In this document: in pieces, positions 23,804 through 33,470 of the stretch
Layout: each line of letters opens with the position of its first letter
Position numbering within the stretch: the stretch's first letter is position 1
Source: Acidobacteriota bacterium
GTDB taxonomy: Bacteria; Acidobacteriota; UBA890; WLXD01
Direction: 5' to 3'
DNA length: 64,000 nucleotides
Assembly: GCA_965205505.1 (NCBI GenBank)
Contig: CBDBHB010000009.1
Span: 2,624,001-2,688,000, forward strand
Notes under the pieces: generated by a model
Databases searched by the model: none
What the model saw: the letters and a program-made list of their open reading frames with translations, nothing else
Told to the model about the DNA's origin: nothing
Program-made: the position numbers and the translations under genes

Positions 23804-25960
23804 ATGGTCTCGAGTAGCTTGGGTTTGGCTCCCTGCAGGCGGGTGTGGCGACGCATCGTCGTTGTTGGGGTGAGCATCTGCATGCTGCCCAGCTCGGTCG
23901 CGAGCGCGCAACAGTCGGATGCGGAGCCGGTCGTTGAATGGCCTGATGCGGCGGTCAATACGTTGCGGACGTTCTTCGAGCGTGTCGATATCGAGGAGGT
24001 AATGGTCGGGCTCCAAGCGCCTCGCCGGGCGCCCGCGGGCGATGACATGGTGGCGCTGAGTGCCAGCCTCGCACGCGGTATCGAAGGGCCGTTTCGCTTC
24101 GTTCAACGCCAGGTGCGATACGAGCCCTACGCCGGTAGCGTTCGCGGCGCTCGCGGCGCCTTGCTGGCCTCCAGCGGTAACTCGCTCGATCAGACGCTGC
24201 TGCTTGCCGGCCTGTATCGTGCCCGTGGCATCGCAGTGAGGCTTATGCGCGGCCGCCTTGCGTGGCGCGACGCGGTGGCGCTTGTAGGCGAGCCTACGGC
24301 CACACACGCCGGCCGAGGCGACCCCTGGCTCCGGTGGGTCGAGATGGCTGCCGACCACTGGTGGTTGGAAGTACGTCGGGACGATCAATGGACTGCCATG
24401 GATGCGTCGTTCGCCGGCACCGCCATCGGCCAGGCGATCGGGCGGCGAGGCGAGCCCGTCGACGAGTCACTGGCAGTTCTGAGTGCGATCGCGTCGCTCC
24501 GCCTTCAGCTCGACGAAGCTACGCTCGCGGAGCTGGAGTTGCCGTTCGGCGAGTTGATCGGCTCGAGCGTGCGCGTAGATCGCGTCGTAGAAAATGGCGC
24601 CGGCTCGGAGGAGCTCGTCGTGGCCGAGGATACGGAGGCTTCGCCGGAAGACGCTTCGCCTGCTGAGCCGCTCGACGAAGAAGCCGAAGCAGAAGCGCGA
24701 CTTGCCGCGACCCTCGCCGACGTACTGGTTCCTGCCCCCGTCGGAGCCGTCGCCCTGACGCTCGCAGCCGCGGGCCGAACGGTCACTACCCCGTTGATCG
24801 AGCGTGCCGAACTTGCACGGGTCGAGCTCGAGATCGACGTTGACGTGCCAATGGGCTCGGACATTCATGCCCGCATCCCGTACGGCGCCGACCCGTCTGC
24901 CCGCCTGGCGGTGGTCTTCGCCTCTGGCGCGATGCCGCGCGCCTACCTCCGGGATCGAACGGTGCCTCTCTTCGACGCGTTGAGTGAGCTTTCGGCTGCC
25001 GAGCTCGCCGCTTTCGAAGCGTGGATGGCGCGACCGCGGAACCGTTCGAACTCACCGCTCGTGGGACCGGTGCTGGAGCGCGAGCCAGCCGGGCCGAAGG
25101 TCGAGGCCGGAGATCCGGAGCACCCGGCGACGGCGTTGCACATCGCCGCTCTACGGTCCTGGCAGGTGCTCGAAAAGGATGGCCTGGATGCCATCGCTGG
25201 TGCCCTGCTGGTGGCTGGTGAGAACCTGCGGCCAGCCTCCCGGGGGGTGTATCGGGGTTCCGCCCGCATGGCAGCCGTGCACTGGACGCCGCCCACTGCG
25301 GAGAGCGAGGGTCGGCTGACGGTTTGGACGAGCGATCCACTGCGCCTCGGCGGGCTGGAGCGCAATCAGCGATCGGCGACTGCCGGGGCGTACGGGCTGC
25401 TGCGCTCCGCACTCACTGGCCAGGTGCTGAACCGTGTTGCAGACCGCCCGCCGGTGACTGCCTTTGACGTGACGTTGCGCGCGGTCGGCACCGGCGGCCG
25501 GTTGCAGTGGTGGCTCGCCGACGATGATTCGCCAGACCAATGGCCGGCGGTGGCCCAAACGGCGGCGCTGGCTGACCTCGCAAACGGGCGGCTGCTCGTG
25601 GGTTTGGCGCGACCGGTCGAGCGTGGCGGCGAGACTCTGCACGGCTGGTGGGGAGTGCTCGACGAATCAGGCCAAACGCTAGGCCGAGTGCTGACCCCGT
25701 CGGGCGTCGCGCAGGCCTTCGTGCGCTTCGCCACACCACGCGACAACATGTCGTTGGACTCGGTGCTGGCGACGCTTCACGATCTTCATGTCGCGCTCCG
25801 GTGGCTCATCGGAGCGGCACGCGACGACGGCCAGGCGCTGGCGAGCCTTCTGCCTGGCGCCTGTGCTGCGACGCCGCTGATATCAGATCTACTGCGTGCC
25901 GGGGCGCCGCCCAGAACTGTGGCTCCCGCCTTCGAGGCCTTCTGCGCCCCGCAGCCCTGA
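23804..25960 (+). CDS. Secreted protein with transglutaminase-like domain
   Basis: Signal peptide; VRYEPYAGSVRGARGALLASSGNSLDQTLLLA...HWWLEV...WTAMD pattern. Confidence 0.65.
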   Translation: MVSSSLGLAPCRRVWRRIVVVGVSICMLPSSVASAQQSDAEPVVEWPDAAVNTLRTFFERVDIEEVMVGLQAPRRAPAGDDMVALSASLARGIEGPFRFVQRQVRYEPYAGSVRGARGALLASSGNSLDQTLLLAGLYRARGIAVRLMRGRLAWRDAVALVGEPTATHAGRGDPWLRWVEMAADHWWLEVRRDDQWTAMDASFAGTAIGQAIGRRGEPVDESLAVLSAIASLRLQLDEATLAELELPFGELIGSSVRVDRVVENGAGSEELVVAEDTEASPEDASPAEPLDEEAEAEARLAATLADVLVPAPVGAVALTLAAAGRTVTTPLIERAELARVELEIDVDVPMGSDIHARIPYGADPSARLAVVFASGAMPRAYLRDRTVPLFDALSELSAAELAAFEAWMARPRNRSNSPLVGPVLEREPAGPKVEAGDPEHPATALHIAALRSWQVLEKDGLDAIAGALLVAGENLRPASRGVYRGSARMAAVHWTPPTAESEGRLTVWTSDPLRLGGLERNQRSATAGAYGLLRSALTGQVLNRVADRPPVTAFDVTLRAVGTGGRLQWWLADDDSPDQWPAVAQTAALADLANGRLLVGLARPVERGGETLHGWWGVLDESGQTLGRVLTPSGVAQAFVRFATPRDNMSLDSVLATLHDLHVALRWLIGAARDDGQALASLLPGACAATPLISDLLRAGAPPRTVAPAFEAFCAPQP

Positions 25961-25975
25961 GTAGAGCCGGCGTTG

Positions 25976-27322
25976 TCAGTCTGGGCGTCCCAGCGTCTCG
26001 CAGATCTCGACGGTGCAGCCGATGCCGCGGCGTAGGGCCGCTACGGTTATGTGCTCGTTCGGAGCGTGGTGATTCATCCCCGGTTGTCCGTAGGGGACCA
26101 GCAGACTGGGCATCCCGAGCACACGTGTGAAGATGAAATCGGGCGTCGTGCCGCCCAGCCGGGGCCTCAGGAGCGGCGGCTGACCACAGGCGCGTGCCAC
26201 GGCGGAGATAATCGGCTCGGCGAACGGCGTATCCGGCGACGTGGCCGATGGCGGCACCGAGGCGAGCTTCGTCAGCTGGACGGACGGAAATTCTCGATGC
26301 AGGTGCGCTTCGAAAGATGCGAAGATCCGTTCCGGATCCTGGTCGGCGACCAACCGAAGATCGAGCTTGCAGGTGGCCCGCGAGGGCACGATCGTCTTGG
26401 AGCCGGGGCCACCGTAGCCACTAGTTAGCCCGGAGATGTTGAAGGTGGGCGAGAACATCAGGGCCTGTGCCGGGTCCTCCTCGGCCAACTGTGGCAGCCG
26501 ACGGACGTCGAGCTCGCGCCGCAAGGCTTCGCGATCGAAGGGAAGTCTGCGGAGTAGCTCCTGCTCGCGCGCCGATGGTGGGCGGACATCGTCGTAGAAA
26601 CCCGCGACACGCACCCGGCCGTCAGGGTCGCGCATCGAGCTCAGGGCGGCGACCAGATCCCAAGCGGGCGTCGGGGCAATGCCGCCCCGATTGCCCGAGT
26701 GCACGTCGCGATCGGCACCGCGCACCTCGAGCTCGAGATAGAGGAGGCCGCGCACGCCGAAGATGACCACCGGAGTCCCATCGTCGTGGAAAGGGGCATC
26801 GGATGTCAGGGCGAGATCGGCAGCTAGCTCGTGTCGATGCCGCTCTACTACCTGCGCAATATGGGGGCTGCCCGTTTCCTCCTCGCCCTCGATTAGAAAC
26901 TTGATCCCGATACCGAGTCGGTCGAGCCTCCGGAGTAGCGCCACACCCATGATGTGCGCCAGCAGTTGCCCTTTGTTGTCGGCCGCGCCGCGGCCGTATA
27001 CCGCACCGTCGCGCAAGACTCCCTCGAACGGATCGGTGCGCCACTCGTCGACGGGATCCGGCGGCTGCACGTCGTAGTGACCGTAGATAAGCACTGTCGG
27101 CTTGCCCGCCGGTGCCGGATGGTGTCCGAAGACCACCGGTGCGCCTGAGGACTCCCAAACGGTTGTTTGCAGCCCACACTCCTGCAACAGGGTGGCGAAT
27201 GCCGCCGCGCCCTCCGCTAGATATTCGCCGCGCGCCGACACGCTCCGCACGGCAATGAGCCGTTGTAGCTGCTCGATGGCGGCGGAGGTGGCCTGGTCGA
27301 GGTGTGCTTCCAGCGGGGCCAA
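25976..27322 (-). CDS. M20/M25/M40 family metallopeptidase (dipeptidase-like)
   Basis: LIYGHYDVQP, GRGAADNKGQ, EGEEETGS, HAPNE. Confidence 0.93.
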   Translation of the reverse strand: MAPLEAHLDQATSAAIEQLQRLIAVRSVSARGEYLAEGAAAFATLLQECGLQTTVWESSGAPVVFGHHPAPAGKPTVLIYGHYDVQPPDPVDEWRTDPFEGVLRDGAVYGRGAADNKGQLLAHIMGVALLRRLDRLGIGIKFLIEGEEETGSPHIAQVVERHRHELAADLALTSDAPFHDDGTPVVIFGVRGLLYLELEVRGADRDVHSGNRGGIAPTPAWDLVAALSSMRDPDGRVRVAGFYDDVRPPSAREQELLRRLPFDREALRRELDVRRLPQLAEEDPAQALMFSPTFNISGLTSGYGGPGSKTIVPSRATCKLDLRLVADQDPERIFASFEAHLHREFPSVQLTKLASVPPSATSPDTPFAEPIISAVARACGQPPLLRPRLGGTTPDFIFTRVLGMPSLLVPYGQPGMNHHAPNEHITVAALRRGIGCTVEICETLGRPD

Positions 27323-27613
27323 GGTCGACTCTCCGATAGTTGTTGGCGGCCGTGGTGTCGAGGCGCCCGGCCGGAACCGCCATCCGCGGGATCGCCACGC
27401 GGCCCGCGGTTACGCTTGTCCAGCGCGGTCGGGGCGGCTTCGGCGAACACCGATCAGACGACGCCGAGGCGGCGGTGTCCTTTGCCGGCACGTTCTCCGG
27501 CCGTCTACAATCGTAACCGAGTATTCGCGGGGCCGGGAGGGCAGACAGCTGCCGTCGTTGTCCCGTAGCCGCGGCCACCAGGGTGTTTGCCTGGTCCGCT
27601 TGGAGCACATCGA

Positions 27614-29059
27614 ATGGTCGTATCTAACCGATTTCGCGCCCTCCTCGTCGTTGCCCTGCTGATCGTAGTGATCGGCGCCACCGGTCCGGTGTTTGCACAG
27701 AAGGACCAGTTCCCCAAGACCATGGAGGCGGCACGGCGCTTCTATGAGGAGGAGCGGCCACTCAAAGACTGGGCTGGGGGCCCGGTTGAATACCTCTTGC
27801 TGGACTACGAGCGCGACACCTGGAAGGAGCAGAAGACCGACGAGCTCCGCCGTCAGTTCATCGAGTGGTTCTGGGGCCGGCGCGACCTTGATACTCGCGA
27901 CCAGGGGCACGTGTTCCAAGAGGAGTTCTACCGACGGGTAGGCTTCGTGAACGAGCGGTTTCACGGGTTCCCACGTGGGTGGAGGTCCGATCGTGGCCGA
28001 GTTTGGGTCATCCTCGGCCGACCCACCGGAGGTATGCGCCGGAGGGACTTGCGGGGTTTCGGCCGATGCTCGTATCCGGAGGGGGAGTGGTGGACCTACC
28101 GCACCAACAACATGGCCTTTCGGTCGCAGATGGGCGAGTTCCACGTGGTCTTCGTCGAGACGCGTATCGGCCAGTTCGAGCTCTGCGATCCAGGCATGCT
28201 CGGCGTCGGCGGTATGCCGACCGACCTGCGGACTGCGTTCTTGTTCACCAACGAGGGCGCTCTGGTAGATACCGTGACTGAGTTCCGGCCCGGTGCGGGA
28301 ATGGCCAGCACGACGGTAGCGATTCGCGAGACCGTGGCGCGCACCGAGCCACTCACCGTGCTGGCCGAGACTTGGGGCATCAACGGGGTGGCGGGCGCGC
28401 TCGTGATCCCAATCGAGATTCCTCTGCGGGACCTCCTGTTTGAGCCCGTCGGTGATGGTCTGCGGGCGACGCTCCGGATCGACGCATCGCTGGTCAGTCT
28501 GGGCGATACCGATGAGTTGAGTGGAACGCAAGAATGGATCATCGATTTGCCAGCGGCAGATGTGGCGCGTATCAGGGTCGCGTCGCTGCGCACGGCGTTG
28601 CTATTGCGGGCGGCGGCAGGCGGATACACGCTAGACGTACGCGTGCTCGATCCGCTCTCGGGGACGGCGTTTACGTGGGACGGAGAGGTAGAGATCTCCG
28701 ACAGCGGTAGCGCCGTCAGCCCGCTAATCATCGGTCGGTCGTTGACTCGGTTGCGCGAGGGCGAGGTCGGAATCATCTCCGGCGTCGAGCCGCGGTTGAG
28801 TGCCGGCGACAGCTTTTCCGCCCTCACCTGGCTGCGAGGCAAGGTCCCTGATGCGGAAGCCGTGCGCATGACGCTAGTCGATTCGGCCGGCGCCGAGCTC
28901 GAGCTCCAAGATGTCAACGCCGCCTGGGGCGACAACACGGTGGCGGGCCCTCTGATCGTTCAGGCGATGGTGCCAGCGGGGGCCGCTGGCGACTACTTGC
29001 TACGCCTCAGTCTGAATGATGGCGCCGCTCCATTGGAGGCGAAGGTGCGCATCGAGTAA
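27614..29059 (+). CDS. GWxTD domain-containing protein
   Basis: Signal peptide; FIEWFW.RRD, EFYRRV.FVNERF, GWRSDRGRVWVILGRP. Confidence 0.88.
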   Translation: MVVSNRFRALLVVALLIVVIGATGPVFAQKDQFPKTMEAARRFYEEERPLKDWAGGPVEYLLLDYERDTWKEQKTDELRRQFIEWFWGRRDLDTRDQGHVFQEEFYRRVGFVNERFHGFPRGWRSDRGRVWVILGRPTGGMRRRDLRGFGRCSYPEGEWWTYRTNNMAFRSQMGEFHVVFVETRIGQFELCDPGMLGVGGMPTDLRTAFLFTNEGALVDTVTEFRPGAGMASTTVAIRETVARTEPLTVLAETWGINGVAGALVIPIEIPLRDLLFEPVGDGLRATLRIDASLVSLGDTDELSGTQEWIIDLPAADVARIRVASLRTALLLRAAAGGYTLDVRVLDPLSGTAFTWDGEVEISDSGSAVSPLIIGRSLTRLREGEVGIISGVEPRLSAGDSFSALTWLRGKVPDAEAVRMTLVDSAGAELELQDVNAAWGDNTVAGPLIVQAMVPAGAAGDYLLRLSLNDGAAPLEAKVRIE

Positions 29060-29176
29060 CCGCTCTCGACGGCGTGCTAACCTAATCGGTTGCCGCCTGG
29101 CGCGAGCCAGGCGCGTGGTACGATCCACACACGCGACCAGTTTACGCCCCACATGACCTGATCCCCGGCGGCCCCG

Positions 29177-29455
29177 ATGCGCATGACTCAGGAGCAGATC
29201 GAAGTGATCGCCTTCCGGGTCGTTCGCGACCTCGGCAAACTCGGGCTGATTCGCGTCGAAAACGCCGCAGAAACGGAAGGCCGGATGAGCGGGATCGTCG
29301 TCGACGACTTGATGGTCGAGGATCGTCTCAACGACGAAGTACGCGACATCATGCGCACCTACAATGACCAGATCAGGCGCGCCGATGTCGAGCTTCACGA
29401 GATGTTCAAGGTGATCAAGGCCAAGCTCGCCAGGGAACGCAACATCATCCTCTGA
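29177..29455 (+). CDS. DUF507 family protein
   Basis: EDRLNDEVRDIM...EMFKVIKAKLARERNIIL. Confidence 0.8.
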   Translation: MRMTQEQIEVIAFRVVRDLGKLGLIRVENAAETEGRMSGIVVDDLMVEDRLNDEVRDIMRTYNDQIRRADVELHEMFKVIKAKLARERNIIL

Positions 29456-29461
29456 TCGTAT

Positions 29462-29743
29462 ATGCGTCTATCTCGCGCCAAGGTCAACCATCTGTCACGC
29501 CTCCTGGTCGATGCGCTGGGGGAGGACGAGTCCGTGGAGCTGCGCCGCGAGCCGAACACGGTGCGGCTGGCGATCGTCGAGATCTTCCAGGAGGAGCTCC
29601 GGCGCGACGAGTACATCGATCGTAAAGTGCAGCAGAAGATAGCCTCGCAGAAACGCGACATTCCCGAGGGGGGAAGGGAGTGGGAGATTCTCTACCGTCA
29701 GTACTACCGTGAGGAGTTCGACCGGCACCGACCCGTCCGCTGA
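29462..29743 (+). CDS. DUF507 family protein (second paralog)
   Basis: MRLSRAKVNHLS...KIASQKRDIPEGGREWEILYRQYY.EE. Confidence 0.85.
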   Translation: MRLSRAKVNHLSRLLVDALGEDESVELRREPNTVRLAIVEIFQEELRRDEYIDRKVQQKIASQKRDIPEGGREWEILYRQYYREEFDRHRPVR

Positions 29744-29780
29744 CGGGACGCTTGCTGCTCGGCCTGCTAGCGCCTGACGT

Positions 29781-32087
29781 ATGCGAGTCACGGCTTTTCT
29801 TCGTCTCGCGTGCGCAGGCCTCGCAGGTGCTGTGTCGTTGGTGGTGTATCTCAACTGGCAGCCGGTAGAGGCACTCGAGCATGCCTCCGGCCGCGTTGAG
29901 ATCCCTGGCATGCCGGATGGCGATCGCAGCGTCGAGTCGCGCACCGAGACGATCAACTTCGTCAAGTTCCGCGGCGATCGCAAGCTCTACGAGATTGCTG
30001 CCGTCGAGTTGCTCGATTTCTCGGACGGCTGGAACATGTGGGCCGGCGTGAACATGCGCATCTTCGGCAAGGACGGGCCCGACAAGGACGTTGTCGTGGT
30101 TGGCGATACGATGCGAACAAGCGGGGACGGCGGTGATTTCGACGAGATCCGCATTATCGGCAACGTGCGCGCCGAGCTGCCGAACGGCGGGTACTTCGAG
30201 ACGCGGCGCCTCAACTACGACGTGGTGAGCGGTGTGGTCAGCAACTGCAACCGCAGCACATTGTTCTATGCGGGTATGGAGTCGCGGGGGGACTGTCTTC
30301 AATTCCAGACTGCCGGCGACGTCACCAGCGGACAGGACGTGGTGGCCGAAGAGCTGCGCATGTGGGGCGATTTGACCGTGCGGCGCGGTGACGGGGAGGG
30401 CGCCATGCCGGCAGGACTGCGCGGTAGCGCTGACGAGATGCGTGTAGAGCCGGGCGGGGATCAGGTGCGTCTGCAGGGAGCCGCCGAGCTGGAGATGAAC
30501 CAGGCCTCGGTTCGCGGAGACGAGATCATCCTCGATGTGGGAGCAGGCGTCAGCGAGCTGCGTGGTGTCGAGGCCACGGGCGAGGCGCGGGTAAGGTTCT
30601 TCCCGGGGGCCGACAATCCCGCGGCTGCCGCGGAGACCGCACTGGAAAGCGACGGCGAGGTCGAGCCTCTTGACGACGAGGCGGCCAGGCTGCCAGGGAT
30701 GGACTCCGAGGTGGCCTCTGACGGTGTTGCCGGCGCCAACAGCGCCGACGTTGCTGGCGTGGCCGCTGTTGGCTCGGCCGACAGCGGCACGAGTCCCCCT
30801 AACGGCGACCAGGAGGACGGCGACACGCGTCTCCTGCGCGGGGATACCATCCGGATCGAATTTTCCATCGGTGAGTTGGCCGCCCTCGAAGCGCTCAGTG
30901 GACGGCTGGGTTCCCGACTCACGTTGCCTGGCTTTGGGCGGCTGGAGGCACGGGAAATCGAGCTCCGGCCCGATGGCGACCAGCAGTCGATCGAGGCGCA
31001 TCGAGGCGTCGCGTGGCGCTCGCGCGGCGACGCCGACGGCTTGCGCGAGCTGGCCGCGTCGGAGCTCACGCTCACGGTTGACGACGCTGGCCTGCAGCGC
31101 CTGGAGGCGGAGGGCAACGTCGTGGCGGATCTGGCCATGTCGAGCACCGAGGATCCGCTCATCTTCACCGGAGAGCGGCTGATCGCCAGTTGGGCCGAAG
31201 GGGCGCTCGACGAGGCAAATTGGCCCGATGGAGTCGAGTTCGAGGCTGACGGTCGCGCCATGTCGTCGGGGGCCGCCTCGTATACCGCGGTTTCCGATGC
31301 CTGGAAATTGGATGGCGACCCCGCCCCGGTCTTGTCGGCGAGCGGTGTAGATCTGTACGCCGACGTGATGACGTGGCGACCTGACGAGGGCATCGAGGCG
31401 ACCGGATCGGTCCGCGCCGACGTGGCCGACGACTATCTCGACGCGGCCAGCGTGCTGTTCGGCGATACCCCGAGCGTAGAGATGACCGCCAGTTCAGCCG
31501 AGCTCGACGTCGAAGGGGTGCTGATCCTGCGCACCAACGTCGAGGTCATCTGGGAATCACAATCACTGGAGACCGCCGAGCTGCGATTGGAGTCCGATCC
31601 GGGGCGGCTGCGCGCCCAGGGAGCGGTCGAGCTGGTAGCGGTAGCGGCGACCGACGAGGATGGGGAGCCCGAGTACGCCACGGTGAGCGCCACCAACCTT
31701 CTCGTCGAGCAAGACGGTATGCAGCTTCGCCTCGGTGGTGCCGCCAGCATGCGCCAGCGCTCTCGTATCATCCAAGCCGACAAGCTCCGGGTGGAGGTCG
31801 ATGAAGAAGGTGGCTGGAGCGAGGTCGTGGCCGAGGATGCTGTGCAATTCCGCGACACCCAGGCGGAGGCAAGTGGCGACGAGCTTACCTACAACATGGA
31901 TAGTGGCGAGCTGCTCCTACTGGGAACAGCTCTCGCGCCCGCCCGCTTCGCTTACCACGGCATCGAGTACAAGAGTCGGGACGCCTTGCGCATCGTCTAC
32001 GAGACCGAGGAGGTAATCATCGAGTCGACCGAGGACGGCAGAACGCAGACCATTCCGGTGCCGATCGTGGCAGTGCAGCGTCCGTAG
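29781..32087 (+). CDS. Fused LptC/LptA (OstA-like) LPS transport periplasmic protein
   Basis: N-terminal TM; repeated beta-jellyroll-like motifs (FETRRLNYD, VEATGEARV, LEAEGNV, ASGDELTYN); lptB nearby. Confidence 0.75.
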   Translation: MRVTAFLRLACAGLAGAVSLVVYLNWQPVEALEHASGRVEIPGMPDGDRSVESRTETINFVKFRGDRKLYEIAAVELLDFSDGWNMWAGVNMRIFGKDGPDKDVVVVGDTMRTSGDGGDFDEIRIIGNVRAELPNGGYFETRRLNYDVVSGVVSNCNRSTLFYAGMESRGDCLQFQTAGDVTSGQDVVAEELRMWGDLTVRRGDGEGAMPAGLRGSADEMRVEPGGDQVRLQGAAELEMNQASVRGDEIILDVGAGVSELRGVEATGEARVRFFPGADNPAAAAETALESDGEVEPLDDEAARLPGMDSEVASDGVAGANSADVAGVAAVGSADSGTSPPNGDQEDGDTRLLRGDTIRIEFSIGELAALEALSGRLGSRLTLPGFGRLEAREIELRPDGDQQSIEAHRGVAWRSRGDADGLRELAASELTLTVDDAGLQRLEAEGNVVADLAMSSTEDPLIFTGERLIASWAEGALDEANWPDGVEFEADGRAMSSGAASYTAVSDAWKLDGDPAPVLSASGVDLYADVMTWRPDEGIEATGSVRADVADDYLDAASVLFGDTPSVEMTASSAELDVEGVLILRTNVEVIWESQSLETAELRLESDPGRLRAQGAVELVAVAATDEDGEPEYATVSATNLLVEQDGMQLRLGGAASMRQRSRIIQADKLRVEVDEEGGWSEVVAEDAVQFRDTQAEASGDELTYNMDSGELLLLGTALAPARFAYHGIEYKSRDALRIVYETEEVIIESTEDGRTQTIPVPIVAVQRP

Positions 32088-32099
32088 CCGGCCAGACTG

Positions 32100-33470
32100 T
32101 CAGAGATAGTCGACGGGATCGATGTCTAGGAGCTCCGGATTCACGACCTCCTCGACGTCGATCTTGACTTCCGCCAGGTCGAGAGCCTCCGGCGGCTCTA
32201 TCTCTTTGCCGTCGATGCCGCGGATAACCAGCACGCGCGGGTGCGCCGGATCGAGGAGGTTGGTGATGCGGGAGACTGCCATGCGACCATCGCTCAGCTT
32301 CAAACAAGTGCCGGGAGGATAGTAGCCGAGCATGCGCCGGAATCCCGCAAACAAGTCGGCATCGAACTTGGTCTTGGCCTCCTTCTCCATGATCCTCATG
32401 GCGACGTCGGGCGGAAGCGAGTCGCGGTACGGTCGAACCGACCGCAGCGCGTCGTACACATCGGCTAGGCACACCAGCTCGGATATCAGGTGCAGAGGCC
32501 ACCGACCGAAGTCGGTGTGCCGCTCGTCGTAGGCGAGCTGGTGCTCGTAAGCAACCACGAAGGCCAGATCGTTGGCCGGCGATTCGAGCAACAGGCGCGC
32601 TCCGTCGTCGCCGTGGCGCTGTATGACCTCCCATTCTGCGTCGGTTAGCTTTCCCGGCTTGTTGAGCACGTCGCTGGGCACCATCACCTTGCCGATGTCG
32701 TGCAGAATGGCTGCGAGGGCGACTTGCGTAAGCGTCTCGTGCGGAAGCTCCAGCCACCGGGCTACCGTCAATGAGAGCATCGCCACGTTCAGGGAGTGCG
32801 TGTACGAATAGTCGTCGTGGTTCTTGAGTGCGTACAGCAGCGAGAACGCTTGTGGCTGCGCCTGCACGACGTCGACCAAGTCACCGGCCAGCGAGCCGGC
32901 CTGGGCAATCGCGTCGGCATCGATGCCGTCGCTGAGGCGGCTCTTCAGCTGGTGCATGTTCTCCAGGCTGGCCGAGTAGACTTCCCACGCTCGCGACAAC
33001 GTCGGGCCGCTCGATGCCGCCCCCCCGCGCGGGTTACCGGTCGTGCCGGTCAGCGGCGCTGCCTCGACGTGCTGAACGCCCTCCCGTGCAAGGAGAGCCT
33101 CGATGCCTCCGTCGGCCGCGGCCTGCGTGTTGAGTGCCTGCACCAGGGATGCAATCTCCCACCGGCGCACGCCGCGCGACACCGCCATGCGGCCGATGCC
33201 CTGTCGACAGAACAGCTCCGACAAACCTTCGAGCACCTCGCCGTTGATCGGCAGGAGCTCGTTGTCGAAGACGAACGTACCGTCGGCCAGCGCAAACCGC
33301 AGATCGCCTTCTTCGGTCAGCAACTCAACCGTACGAAGGTAAAGGTCGCGGAGCGCGGTGACCGCGCGCGGGTGGTCTCTTGGGTAGATGGCTTGGCAAT
33401 GCTGGGCGCACAGCAGATGTCGGCCGAGCTCTACCAGAACCTCCTTTCGGCAACTGTGCTCAGGCGGCAC
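32100..33470 (-). CDS. HD-GYP-like phosphodiesterase, GYP loop degenerate
   Basis: HDDYSYTHSLNVA, LHDIGK, LNKPGKLTDAEW, ADVYDALRSVRPYR, LGYYPPG. Confidence 0.88.
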   Translation of the reverse strand: MPPEHSCRKEVLVELGRHLLCAQHCQAIYPRDHPRAVTALRDLYLRTVELLTEEGDLRFALADGTFVFDNELLPINGEVLEGLSELFCRQGIGRMAVSRGVRRWEIASLVQALNTQAAADGGIEALLAREGVQHVEAAPLTGTTGNPRGGAASSGPTLSRAWEVYSASLENMHQLKSRLSDGIDADAIAQAGSLAGDLVDVVQAQPQAFSLLYALKNHDDYSYTHSLNVAMLSLTVARWLELPHETLTQVALAAILHDIGKVMVPSDVLNKPGKLTDAEWEVIQRHGDDGARLLLESPANDLAFVVAYEHQLAYDERHTDFGRWPLHLISELVCLADVYDALRSVRPYRDSLPPDVAMRIMEKEAKTKFDADLFAGFRRMLGYYPPGTCLKLSDGRMAVSRITNLLDPAHPRVLVIRGIDGKEIEPPEALDLAEVKIDVEEVVNPELLDIDPVDYL

